Shown: one piece after another, positions 14,424 through 27,694 of the stretch | How the letters are laid out: the number at the start of each line of letters is the position of its first letter | Position numbering within the stretch: the stretch's first letter is position 1 | Source: the human T2T-CHM13v2.0 reference genome, Homo sapiens | Reading direction: 5' to 3' (one strand) | Length of the DNA stretch: 64,000 nt | Assembly: GCF_009914755.1 (NCBI RefSeq) | Contig: NC_060947.1 | Position numbers and translations under genes: made by a program | Notes under the pieces: model-generated | Told to the model about the DNA's origin: nothing | The model's database searches: none | Seen by the model: only the letters and a program-made list of their open reading frames with translations

Positions 14424-14710
14424 GTGGTACATGTCTATAGTCCCAGCTACTTAGGAGGCTGAGGTGGGAGTATCCTTTGAGCCTGGGAGGTCAAGGTTGC
14501 AGTGAGCTATGATTGTGCCACTGCACCCCAGTCTGGGCAACAGAGCAAAACCCTGTCTCATAAAATAAAATTAAATAATATAATAAAAATAGAGCCATTC
14601 CACTCTTAGGTTTTTATCCCAAATCAATAAAAGTGTATGTCCATACAAACACTTGTACATGAATATTCATACAGCTTTTTTTTTGTAATCCAAAAACTAA
14701 AAACATCTCA
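14424..14710 (+). repeat. Inverted local duplication of 15722-16012 (AluJ right arm plus L1ME flank)
   Basis: By-eye alignment to the reverse complement of 15722-16012 gives about 12 substitutions and one homopolymer length difference over 287 bp; it includes the Alu/L1 junction. Confidence 0.95.
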
Positions 14711-15845
14711 CCAAATATAGGACATCAGTACCTGAGAGGTTAATATCTGAGGCTGAATGGTAACTTGGATCAGCAAGGCAATTTATTGGTAGTTTCAGGT
14801 AGACAAGTTAATCTAAAAGTATAAATGAGTTGAGTCCTTATTTCTAATTAGGGAGTGGGGATATGCAACTCTTTCCAAAGATGCTGTTGAGCCATTCCCT
14901 GGTGGGGTTTTCTTGTGAAGAAGCTATACTGCATGATCATAGCACAGCCTCCATCTGGACATATGACATATCATATGTTCATTATGATGTGGAAGAATAC
15001 ATAGTAACCTCACCCACTTTGGGAAATATATAAGTAGGAGTATGTACAAATTCTTTTTACCTAGAGTCACGTTTCATAAATATGACACAAAAATGATAAC
15101 ATAAAAATGGTTCTTCTAGAGTCATTTTTTAGTTAACTGCTTCAGGGATATTTGTATTATCCTCACTATAAAAGATATTCTTCATTTTTTTTCAAATGTT
15201 AATAAACATCATACTACTTGCTAAACAAAGTCTTCTTTTACGTATGGTAAATAATCTAAATTTTATTTGCCAATCCTGTGGTTTCCTTGTATTCAAACAT
15301 CCATTTGGACTTCTTCTGGAATTGTTAAATGCACATGTATTAAACATATAATTTGACACTCTTGACGTATAGTCAGTGATGAAACCACCAGCAAAATCAA
15401 CATAATGAATACATCTAACCACCAAAAAAAGTTTACATTTAGTAACCCTTTGTCATCCTTCTACCCTAACTTTCACAGGTAACCACTGACCTGCTTTCTG
15501 TCATTACAGAATAGTTTGCATTTTCTAGAGTTTAAAATCAATGGAATCATGAAGTATTTACTCCTTGTATCTTTCTTCTTTCAGTAAGCATAATTATTTG
15601 AAGTTCATTCATGTTGTAACCTGCATCTACAGTTCTTTCATTTTTATTGCTGAGTTATTCCATTATATTGTACAGTATTCCAACCTGTACTTCATACCTT
15701 TTTATATATTCTCTGGAAATTTGAGATGTTTTTAGTTTTTGGATTACAAAAAAAAAAAAAGCTATGTGAATATTCATGTACAAGTCTTTGTATGGACATA
15801 CACTTTTATTGATTTGGGATAAAAACCTAAGAGCGGAATGGCTCT

Positions 15846-16168
15846 ATTTTTATTATACTATTTAGTTTTATTTCATGAGGCAGGGTTTTGCTCTGTTGCC
15901 CAGACTGGGGTGCAGTGGCACAATCATAGCTCCCTGCAACCTTGACCTTCCAGGCTCAAAAGATGCTCCCACCTCAGCCTCCTAAGTAGCTGGGACTATA
16001 GACATGTACCACCATGCCAGTTTTTCTATTTTGTTTTTGTTTTTTTGTAGAGATGGAGAGGTCTCACTATGTTGCCCAGGCTAGTCTCAAACACCTGGGT
16101 TCAATCGATCCTCCCACGTAGGCCTCCCAAAATCCTGGGATTACAGGATTGAGCAACGTTTCCTGGCT
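15846..16168 (-). mobile_element. AluJ
   Basis: Dimeric Alu with J features (aatcatagctc, ggtctcactatgttgcccaggct) and heavy CpG decay. Confidence 0.88.
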
Positions 16169-16742
16169 ACTTTTTAAAGATATGTAAAGCCACTTGGTCT
16201 TGTACCATTACTGAAAAGACTACCCTTTCTCCACTGAAAGGGCTCTGCATTGTGTCAAAATTAAGTTGTTCACACATGCGGAGGTCTATATCTGTACTAT
16301 TCTGCTCCACATATCTAGTTTTATATCAATAGAACAATGTCTTGATTATAGTAGCTTTATAACTCTTGAAATAAGACAGTGTTTTTGCTCCAATTTTGTT
16401 ATTTTTCAAAGTTATTTTAGCTATTATGGGTTCTTTGTATTTCCATATGAATTTCAGAATCAGTTTGTCATTTTCTACAAAAATTCATCTGGGATTTTAA
16501 TTGGAATTTTGTTGAATCTGTGGTACCATTCAGGAAGAATATTAACAATATTAAGTATTGTTAACAGTATATCATTAATTTAACAGTCTTAATAATACTG
16601 AGTCTTTCAACCCACACACACAGTATACTTCCCTGTTTATTAAGAATTTCTTTCTTTTTTTAAAAAATATGTCAAAGCATGTTTATTAAAGTACTAATGA
16701 GACCAAAGCCATACTGACTAAAAACAATTTTTCATTTAAATC

Positions 16743-17140
16743 TTTTTTTGTATAAATTTATGGAGTACATGTAAAATTTTGTTACCTGTATATAATGCAT
16801 AGTGATCCAGTCAGAATATTTATGGTGTCCGTCAACCAAGTGAAACCATTTTTGTTAGTTATTGTCATCCTATTCTACTATCAAACATTGAATTTATTCC
16901 TTCTGTCTAACCATATGTTTGTATCCTTTAATCCACTTCTCTTCATTCTCCCTTCTCCCCAAAACTCACCCTTTCCAGTCTCTGTTATCTATCTTTCCAC
17001 TTTCTACATCCATGTGATCAAATATTTTAGCTCCCACATATAAGTGACAACATATGATATTTGACTTTTTGTGCCTGGCTTATTTCACCTAAGATAATGG
17101 CCTCCAGTTCCATCCATATTGCTGAAAATTACATGGTTTC
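16743..17140 (-). mobile_element. L1MA 3' end
   Basis: aatttatggagtacatgtaaaattttgttac...ttttagctcccacatataagtga...ataatggcctccagttccatccat. Confidence 0.8.
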
Positions 17141-18063
17141 AGATATGTGTTGACGTTTTCAGCATACCAGTTTTTCATGTCTATTGTTTTATTGTTTTCT
17201 ATTTCATTAATTTCCAAGCTGATCTTAAGTTGTTTTTCTTATATTTACTTTAGAATTAATTCATTCTACTTATTCTAGTATCTTAAGGTAGAAGTGAGGT
17301 ACTTGATTGGAAAACTTTCTTCTTTTCTAATATAGGCATTTGGTGTTATAATCCTCCCCTCTAAGTACGGACTTAGTGGCATTTCACAAATATTGGTATG
17401 TTGTATTCATTTTAATTTATTCCACAATGCTCCTTAGTGTAAATGTAATTTCAACCTTTGCTCATGGGTAATTTAGAAGCATGGTACATTGTGATACTTG
17501 AATTCAGGATTTTCCAGATAATTTTTTTTATTGATTTCTAACTTAATTTCACTGTCATCAGAGAGCATAATTTATATGACTTAAATCAATTCAAATTCAT
17601 TGAGACTTGTTTTATCACCCAGAATATGGTGTATCTTGGTCACCGTCCATGTGGATTTGAAAATAATGTGTATTTCGCTATTTTTGGCTGAAGTATTCCA
17701 TAAATATTGACAGCATCAAACTGATTTATTGTATTGTTCATCTACTATATCCTTGCTGATTTTCTGTCTACTTTTTCTACCAATTATAAAGAGATAAGTA
17801 TTGAAATCTCTGACTGTAGTCATGGATTTGTCTATTTCTCTTTGGTTTTCTATCAGTTTTTTGCTTTATCCATTTTGGTACTTATTGTTAGGCACATACA
17901 AGTTTAGTTTGTTATTACTCTTTGATGGATTGATGACTATAATATTATGAAGTAACCTTCCTTATACTTGGTAATATCCTTTGCTCTGAAATCTGTGGCT
18001 GATATTAATATAGCCACTTCATCTGTTTTAATGAATGTTAATATAACTTTTTCTTAAATCACT

Positions 18064-18510
18064 TGTGGATTGAACTGTGTCTCCACAAAAAGGTAGGTTG
18101 AATTCCCAACCCCCAAAACCTCAGAGTATGACCTTATTTGAAAATAGGGGCCAGGCATGGTGGCTTATGCCTGTCATCTCAGCAGTTTGGGAAGCCAAGG
18201 CGTGAGGATTGCTTGAAGCCAGAAGCTTGAGACCAGACTGGAAAACATAGCAAGACCCCTATCTCTAAAAAAAAATAGCCAGGCTGAGTGGTGCATACCT
18301 GTAATCCTAGTTACTTGGAAGGCAGAGATAGGAGTAGGGCTTGAGCCCAGGAGTTCAGTGTTATGGTGAGCTATGATCATGCCACTGCACTTGAACCTGG
18401 GTGACAGAGCAAGACCTCATATCTAAAAACAAAAAAAGAAAAAAGAAAACAGGATCTTTATAGTGTTAAAATGAGGTCGTTATGGTGGGCCCTGATCCAA
18501 TATAACTGGT
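18064..18510 (+). mobile_element. MLT1 (MaLR) LTR 5' part, split by AluJ
   Basis: tgtggattgaactgtgtctcc...cctcagagtatgaccttatttgaaaatagg [Alu] ...aaaatgaggtcgttatggtgggccctgatccaatataactgg. Confidence 0.7.
18149..18444 (+). mobile_element. AluJ
   Basis: ggccaggcatgg...gaggattgcttga...gagctatgatcatgccactgcac, A tail, TSD gaaaa(t/c)agg. Confidence 0.88.
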
Positions 18511-18544
18511 GGCAAAAATCACAATTACTTTTGCACCAACCTAA
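18510..18544. mobile_element. Half of a MADE1 (Hsmar1-derived MITE)
   Basis: tggcaaaaatcacaattacttttgcaccaacctaa followed by TA; only one arm of the palindrome is present. Confidence 0.85.
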
Positions 18545-20312
18545 TATAATCATATGGCCTTTTTAAATGCCATTTAGGGGACAAATCATATAATTGAATT
18601 AAGTCTTCCACATTTTAATATACACATGTATTCAGCTTGGTAGGAATGCCTGGGAGCAAATGTCCTATATTTCAGAAAGATCAGTCTGTCCTTGAACCTG
18701 TCCTTGGCAGAACTGAAAAAGTAAAATTATGTTTTCCTCTCTGGTCATTGTCATTATAGCAATCTCTCCATCCTTTATTCTTCCCACTGCCGTATGTGAA
18801 AGGAGGTAGTTCTTTATCTATGTGATAAAATTTCAAAAGCAATTGGAAGTCCTAAATAGGGGTAGGTGTAGTTGGGAAGCATTGGACAGTTGGTCAATGA
18901 GGGAGAATTCAAAAATAAAGTGACGGGAATGGGGCAGAAGGTAAATTTGATTTGATTTTAAAGTTAACTATAATGTACTCTTGCCCATTCTATCATATGA
19001 TTTAGAAACTGGTTAGCATTGAACTAATCGTAGACTTGAGTTGCTTAATAATAGAATTAAATATGTGCAAAGTGCTTTTTATCTTAAAAAAATTTGCATT
19101 AGTTATTTAAACTTTTCTGAGTTTGAATATTAAAAGATTGAACCAGTTATCTTTTTGTTTTTCATTGGTTGCAATGGCTAGATTCAAAGCAAAATTCTAA
19201 GACATTTGAGAAACACTGTCCTTGCAGGGCCTCTGGAATGGGATAAACTATTAGTTGTTAGAATCTGGTTGGATATGAGGGACAAAACCAGAAGCTTCTG
19301 TACATGATTTCCAGGCTCATCTAAAGACTTCAAATTTTTTTTCAAAATGGTGGGCAACATTTAGCTTTTCATAGTAGAAGTCATTATTTTATGACCTTTC
19401 AAAGGAGTACTATTTTTAAGGCTTATTCTGGCACTAAAAATATATAACAAAGCAGATAATGAGTGCCAACAATATAAAACCTTGAAATCTAGAAAAGCAG
19501 TAAAACTAAGTTTTGAGTTTTCAGCTGTCAAGAATATATAACGTCTGAAGCAAAAATATTGACAATTATCTTGGCAGCAATCTGTCACAGGTATATATAA
19601 ACATTAGTCTACTCTTTCAAAATTCAAAAATGCCATTTCTGTGTAGCACTTAAGGAAATCACTAATTAATTGTATGCACACGTACACTCACTCACATATA
19701 CATAGGGATCTCTTTTAATCCGTTATCTTGAGTTTGTTGTTTCATTTCACATGTATTTTTGCAATCTGGAAGAGTTTATAGATACACAATATATTACTTT
19801 AAATTATGATGTTAGTAATAAACTTTAGCAACTCTTAAATTAGCCTGTGTTACTTCCATTGCTAAGGCATAAAGACAAGCCCATGGAGAAGTTAGAAAAT
19901 ACATAAGGCTAAGTGAATTTAAAGTCAGAAAATAAATGCTTTATTTATTTTCTTTAAAAAAAAGCTATCTGATGGAATTTGCAGGATGTGTTATTTAGGA
20001 CAAGATTTGACAAGGGACAATAGGTTTTCACTGAACTTAAAATATTTCTTTTTGAGTAGGTCACTGGTTGGTGTAATGCTATTTTTATGTAGGGGCTGTT
20101 GAGCTACATTCTCACATTTTCTGAGGCAAAAGGAGTCATTTAGTGCGTTGAAGTATGGATACGTCATTCCAATGGCCTGAAAGATTCCTGCACTTTTTGA
20201 AAACAGTTTAGTCTGTGAAACTACCCACACGATTAACATCCACAGTACAATGCTGTACTACATGTTTTGTAGATATTATTTTCTTTAATCCTAGTGAAAA
20301 CCTTTAGAAGTA

Positions 20313-20957
20313 CAATTGATTCTCGTTATTCAGAGTAGTTGTGTTCTGTAAAGTTAATACAAACACTGAAATTAGTGAATACAGAACTATTGTTCCAATG
20401 CAGAATACAGGGTCAGATTCCTGCAAACCTCAGGTCACAACATTTTCATCAGCTGATCAATACATAACATTATTTATTTGTGTTTTTGTTAAAATACGCT
20501 TTATTTCATACATATTGTTAATTCATTAACATTGAACTCATGGCCAATAGCACTGTAACTCAGGCCTGAATGAAGCTTTTTAACAGAGGTATTTTCTCTC
20601 TAAGATACATTACAGCCTTCTTTTGCTTAGGGACACTAGACATCACTTCATCACTAAGCTTGGGGGACATTTTAAAGTAGTGAAATAACCAACAGAAAAT
20701 ACAAAATGTGGAAAATGTGGCAGTAAATAGACTACAAAAAGGACACCTTTTTACATGATGACAGCTAATACAAGAAGGCAGACTGTTGCCTCATTGAACC
20801 ATAGCTTAGGACATGTTGGCAGTTGAGTCAAATTTTCTTCCACTCTGCATATGTTGATAAATGACTGTGAAAGCACTGTGAGTATTGATTATGCAGTTGC
20901 AAATATATTTTAGTGAGGTGTGCACATACTGAATGTGTGAATAATGAGGATCAACTG
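20313..20957 (-). mobile_element. MER82 (Tigger-family), full length
   Basis: TIRs caattgattctcgttattc and gaataatgaggatcaactg, TA on both sides, about 645 bp. Confidence 0.82.
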
Positions 20958-21414
20958 TAGATATAAATGATTTCCATGGAAATGCAAAGACAGAAAGGAT
21001 GAATAACTCAGTTCTATCATGACGTAGACCAAGACACAAATTTAGCATTTTAGATTTTAATGACAAGGAAGAATTCAACTTAAAGTGTTTGGCAGTGCCA
21101 CAGAACTATGCATGGTATTATATATAAATGCCACAAACTCCCATACCACCTTTAAGTTTCTTTTGAATAGTTCAGTGTTTAAATAATTTATTCCCTGAGT
21201 ATGATCTGTCATTGTAAAAAGAATGACTAATCTTTTCTCAAAGGGTAGTACAATTTTAATTCTTTGATATGAGATTAAACACTAAGGGTTTAGTGAAAAT
21301 TTTACACTTCAACTTTGTAAAGGACATATTATTTTTGATACATTAATATTATATTGGATAATTTCACAGTTCTTGTGCACTTACAAGATTACCTTTATAA
21401 TATTTTCTTCTTCT

Positions 21415-21717
21415 ACTTTTTTTTTTTAATTGCTGACACAGGGTCTACCTCTGCCACCCAGGCTAGAGTGCAGTGGGATGATCATAGCTCACTCTAACTT
21501 CAAACTCCTGGACTCATGCCATCTTCTCTCCTCAGTCTCCCGAGTAGCTTGGAGTACAGACATGCACCACCAAACCCAGCAAATTAAAAAAAAAAAATTG
21601 TAGAGATGGGGTGTTGCTATGTTGCCTTGATTAGTCTCAAACTCCTGACAGCAAGCGATACTTCCACTCTGGCCTCCCAAATTGCTGGGATTACAGTCAT
21701 AAGCCACTGTGACTGGC
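21415..21717 (-). mobile_element. AluJ
   Basis: T tract followed by a diverged dimeric Alu with gatcatagctcac and ttgctatgttgcc. Confidence 0.85.
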
Positions 21718-23219
21718 TGTTTATACTATTTTCCTAATAAATTAAATGTCTATATCACACTCAATGAAAAAAAAGCTTTCTTACTTTATCTTAATCTAAT
21801 ATTATACATATCTGTCAAAGGCACCATTCTATGTGCTTTGACCCTTAGCAAATGTGATGTTACTAACATAATACCTATATATTTGTATTTTGTGTAGAAA
21901 TAGGTTTGTTTTTATCATTTACTTATCATAAGTAACATGCAGTAAAAATATAGTTATACCAATTAAACTCAGCACATGTAAAGTTTTTAAATTTCCGTAA
22001 GAGGGAATCTATGAAAATCCTCAAACACTGCCCTAGCTGTTGTTCTAGATTAGTCTTTTGTAAAGAAATGTTAATAAGTCATAAAATAGATGAAACTGTA
22101 TTTTAACAATTTTTGTGCCCCATCTTGACCTATCGTGGATGCGACAATAAGAGAAATACTCAGAAGTGGGAAACCAGGTAGAAGATTATTAAGGCTTTAT
22201 AATTATTAATCTGAATAAACCTATCTTGAATAATTTAGGAATGAACTGAATAATTTAAATTGAGCTGCATTTTTCTACTTAGAGTACCATTATCAGTGAC
22301 AATTTATATTAGAGTTTGCACTTCAGTGCTTTTAAAATCATTTTCAATCTACCCAAACATCATTTCCCTGAACTAACCATGAATGCTGTCACAGTAAATT
22401 TGAAAACATTTCTTAAAAGACTGGCTTCTTTGCTGTTGTGTTATGTATAATTTGCATTTGGCAATCACTACCTGCTCATCATTAATATATTATATCATAA
22501 AAAAGAATGACCATGACTTACCCTATTTTTTTCTGTATGTTTCAAATCTCATTTGTTTTATGAGACATTGTATTATCAGAATCAGAAACTATGGGGTCTG
22601 GGAGGGGACTTTTTACATAGATTAATCATCTTCAGCCAAATCCACAGCTGCATTAGTGTAGGACTTGTTTAAGAGGGGCTGGCTCATTAATAAACCACCC
22701 AAAGGGCTGATGCCTATAACTTTCTTCTTCAACTTTGAGCAAATAGAAGAAACCTATGACAACACTACTTGAAGAATGGCCCTCAGTAAAATAAATAATT
22801 CAATAAATGACTTTGACATTGACATTGCACTACAGAATTTTTTTAGCACTTTCCTGAGTTTTTCTTGGTATCTTATTATTTTTTCCTACTTTGGGAATTT
22901 ATGACAGTCAATTCTATAATCTTGTCCAAAGACTGAGAAATTCTATGTGACTACAAACAGACAAATTAATTCAATATAATGATGCAGAGAAAGATGTGAA
23001 TGAGGATAGGAGAGATTATTCATTCAAGACCTTATGTTTCTGAAATCTCCTCATTCCACTCTTTTTCCTCACCCCTTGCCCACCTCAGTGCAATCATAAA
23101 GATACGCATACTAAACAGAATTACCCGATTTCACAGTCTAATATAAAAGGAAATACTCACATAGACATGGTCAGATTCTTATTCCTTGTACCATAGACTG
23201 AATTTTCCATCTTACAGTG

Positions 23220-23460
23220 CAGTGTTTCTCAACCCTTTTATTCATTATCTCCTCCCTGAAAAGGCTATTTACATACTTTCTGTAATTGTTTCACCATGCA
23301 CCATGAATTTTTAATACCACAGATGTACTATATATCTTTTTTATCATATATACTGTGGCCATTTAGAGGGTCACAAACCATTGTACTATCAAATATTTTT
23401 GCCCCTCAAGAATCAATTATTGCCCCCTTTGAGGAGATAGTGCCCCTGTTGAAAATGTAC
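23220..23460 (+). mobile_element. hAT-Charlie MITE (MER112-like)
   Basis: Starts cagtgtttctcaac, ends ...gttgaaaatgtacg; internal aataccacagat...tgtggccatttagagggtcacaaaccattgta. Confidence 0.65.
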
Positions 23461-24839
23461 GTTACAGTGTTTTTCATGCCTTAATCACTGTGATAAAGCC
23501 TTGCACTTTGTAGTTACAGACCCCCTGATACCAGTTTAAGATTTCTGGTTCCTAGGTTCCTATGCTGCTCTTATTAAGTATCATTAACCCTCTCTTACCA
23601 ATTTGAAGCATTACCCAAACCACCACAATTATGCACAATTCTAGTGTACATGTACTTGCCATGAGTGCACATTCAAACATTTTGATGACTTACAATTGTT
23701 TATATTGGAAGCAGAAAATACTGCAAAATAAATATATTTGCTGGAAAATGTTGATAAACAGCTGGATGTTTTTTGAAGTTCTAATTTATGTTCTCATATA
23801 GCCATGGTTATCACATGAGCTCATTATGAGCATGAACTATTGTCTTTGTGCCCCCATTAAATTATTTTTAGAAAACTACCAAGCAAAATAATCTGATTGG
23901 TATAATAACCAATCAGATTTCATGTTTGTTTTCTATTACAAACAGTAGAGTGTTTCTCTCTCTGTTGAGACAAAGTAGCTTAAAAGGTTACAAAATGACA
24001 TTCATGTTGAATATTCATTATGTTAGTTCAAATGTAATACTCAACCAGAAAGCAATACTTGAAACCAAGTAGAATCCAAGCTTTGTAATTGCTCCCAGGA
24101 AAGCAATGCCTTAGAGATGACTAAGAATATTAATACTAAAGAATGAAAGCTGGAAATGACAGTTTGTGGAATTCTAATTAAATCTTATGTAAATGTATCT
24201 GGATCCATGTTTTACACTGTTTAGATGTATATGTGAAGGGGAAACGATGTGCTAGATACTACATTTTCATTTAGACTAGTAACTCTTATAATAAAGTCAA
24301 AGCTCAACAGACGAGTAAAAATTCGTACCTGGGCTATAGCAAGTTTTTTGTTTTATTTTACTCTAACAAATTCTGAGTTCTTGTGAAAGGTGTTTTAAAG
24401 AATTAATCTAAAATATTTTTATCTAGTAAAACAGTCAGTACACAGCTTTCAAGTGTTGTTTTGAAGAATAACTATTTCATTAAATTATCTGGAGTTTTAA
24501 GATGAAATAACATAAAATCACATTTTCTCTTTGGGTGAATTATTCAAATCTGTCATATCATGAGAATGATTTTTACTTTTTAAAAACCCTTAGTACATCA
24601 TTCAAATATCCAACATTTAGGCAATTACTCATCATATTTAAAACTTTATGTTATATTGACATGGTTTTGTCATTTGATTAATTAATGACAAAATCAAGAA
24701 AGTATATAAGTATATTTTGTCATTAGGTTCATTCTGAAGACAATCGGATTTGTCATTTTATCTTGTAATTTAAAAAACAGATAATTACCTACTGAAAATA
24801 TGTATAGGCTTGTACTTATTTAGATATATATGCATTTGT

Positions 24840-26150
24840 ATTTTTATTGAGAAATAAAGTGTCATTACAATACCTGCACATATATCAAGTATATAATTAA
24901 ATACGTTTAACACATGTATAACTATGAAACTATAACCACAATCAAGATAGTAAATATATTCATGACTTCTCAAAACGTTTCTGGGTGCTACTTTGTAATC
25001 TTTCCTTCCTGTCTCTTCACCCCTCATGCCTGGGTAACTACTGACCTGCTTTCTGACATTTTAGCTTGGCATTCACGTTCTAGAGTTCCATACACATGGA
25101 ATCATGTAGTATGTACTTTTTCTTGCCTTCGTTCATTCAGCAAAATGAATTTGAGATTCTTTCGTGTTATTCTATGTCTCAATAATTTATTACTTTTTAT
25201 TGCTGAGTAGTATTCTATTATGGGGCTGTAACAAAATGTATTTCTCTATTGACCTGATAGTGGACCTAAAGGTAGTTTCCAGTCATTACGCTACTACAAA
25301 TAAAACTGAGTAAATGTTTACAAGTATTTGTATGAGCATGTATATTTTTTTCTGTTGGATAAATACCTAGCTGTGGAATGGCTAATTGTATGGTAGGTGA
25401 GTCATTAACTCTTTACAAAACTGACAAATTGTTTTTCAAAGTGGTTATGTCATTTTAAATTTTCAGCAGCGTTGGAGAGATTGTCATCAACACTTGGTAT
25501 GGTAAGTTGGTGTATTAGAGTTCTTTAGAGAAACAGAGGCAATGGGATATATGAGAGGGGATTTATGAGAGAATTGTCTCACAGGATCACACAGGCAAAG
25601 AAGTCCCACCCCATGATAGGGCATCTGCAAGCTGGAGAACTAGAAAAGCTGACAGTGTGGCTCAGTGCAGTTACAAAAGCCACAGAGCCAGGGAAGTCTG
25701 ACAGTACAAACCCTAGCCTGAGGCTGAAGGCCCAAGAGCCCCCAGGAGGCCACCGGTGCCAAGTCTCAGAGTCCAAAAGCCAAAGAACCTAGAGTCATAT
25801 GTCCAAGGCAGGAGAGAAAAATGTATCCCATTCCAAAAGGGAATGAGAAAGCAGAGAAAGAGAATCCCCCTTCTTCTGATTGTTTTTCCCAACAGGGCCC
25901 ACAGCCTATTTGATTGTACCTTCTCACATTGGGGGTGTGTCTACTCACACACCAATCAACCTTGGAAACAGCCTCACAAAGACAGAGACAGTGCTTCACC
26001 GGCCATCCAGGCATGCCTCAATTCAGTCAAGTTGACACTTAAAATTAACCACCATGGTTGGTCAGTCTTTTTAATATTAGGCATTCTAATATGTGTGTAT
26101 CTCATTTTAGTATTAATTTGCATTTTCCTAGTAAAGAATTATGTTGAGTA
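24840..26150 (-). mobile_element. L1ME-like 3' region, split by MLT2
   Basis: ataccacaatcaagatagtaaa-type 3'UTR; atggaatcatgtagtatgtac; ggataaatacctag; aatttgcattttcc. Confidence 0.72.
25511..26055 (-). mobile_element. MLT2B/C-type ERVL solo LTR
   Basis: tgtattagagttctttagagaaacaga...tcagtcaagttgacacttaaaattaaccac; 5-bp TSD gttgg. Confidence 0.8.
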
Positions 26151-27399
26151 TTTTTTTAACTTTTAGTTTCAGAGATACATGTTCAAGTTGGTTGTATAGA
26201 TAAGTTACATGTCACAGGGGATTAGTGTACAGATTATTTTGTCACCCAGATAATAAGCATAGTATTGATGGGTAGTTTTTTGATCCTCACCCTCCTCCCA
26301 CCCTCCACACCCTCCACCCTCAAGTAGGCCACAGTGATATTGCTCCCTTCTTTGTGTCCATGTGTTACTCAATGTTTAGTTCCCACTTATAAGTGAGAAT
26401 CTGCTATATTTTGTTGTTTTAGTGAGTTAATTTGCTTAGGATAATGGCCTCTAGCTCAATCCATGTTGCAAAAAAGGATATCATCTCCTTTTTATGGCCA
26501 TGTAGTATTCCATGGTGTATACGTACCACATTGAAAAATAATTATCATTATTTTATTTTATTTTGATTTATTTTTTTTTGTTTTTATTTGAATAGCTTTT
26601 GGGGTGCAAGTGGATTTTTTGTTACGTGAATGAATTATACAGTGATGAATCCTGAGATTTTAATGCACTTGTCACCCAAGTAGTGTACATTGCACCTGAA
26701 TATAGGTTTTTATCCCTAGCCCCTCTCCCCCTTCTCTAAAATCCATTATATCACTCAGTATGCCTTTGTGTACTCACAGCTTAGCTCCCCGTTATAAGTG
26801 AGAATGTATGGTTTTTGGTTTTTCACTCCTGTGTTACTTCACTTAGAATAATGGCCTCCAGCTCCATCCAATTTGCTGCGAAAAACATTATTTTGCTCCT
26901 GTTTATGGCTCAGTAGTATTTCATGGTGTATATATACCACATTTTCTTTATCCACTCATTAGTCAATGGGCATTTAGGTTGGTTCCACATCTTTGTAACT
27001 GTGAATTGTACCGCTATAAACATACATGTGCAAGTGTCTTTTTCATACAATAACTTCTTTTCCTTTGGGTAGATACCCAGAAGTGGGCTTGCTGGATCAA
27101 ATAGTACCTCTACTTTTAGCTCGTTTAGGAATCTCCATACGGTTTTCCATAGAGGTTGTACTAGTTTACATTCCCACCAGCAGTGTATAAGCATTCCCTT
27201 TTCCCAACATTTATGCCAACATCTATCATCTATTGTTTTTTGACTTTTTGATAATGGCCATTCTTGAAGGAGTACGGTGGTATCTCATTGTGGTTTTAGT
27301 TTGCATTTCCCTGATTATTAGTTATACTGAGAACTTTTTCATGTTTGTTGGCCATTTGCATATATGTTTTTAGAAATGTCTATTCATGTCCCTTGCACC

Positions 27400-27694
<295 letters not shown>

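Larger units (their letters stand above)
15320..18050 (-). mobile_element. Old L1M (L1ME-like 3' end plus ORF2 pieces), interrupted by AluJ and L1MA
   Basis: caggtaaccactgacctgctttctgtc...atggaatcat...tttattgctgag; ttccatatgaatttcagaatcagtttgtca; tattgaaatctctgactgta. Confidence 0.75.
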
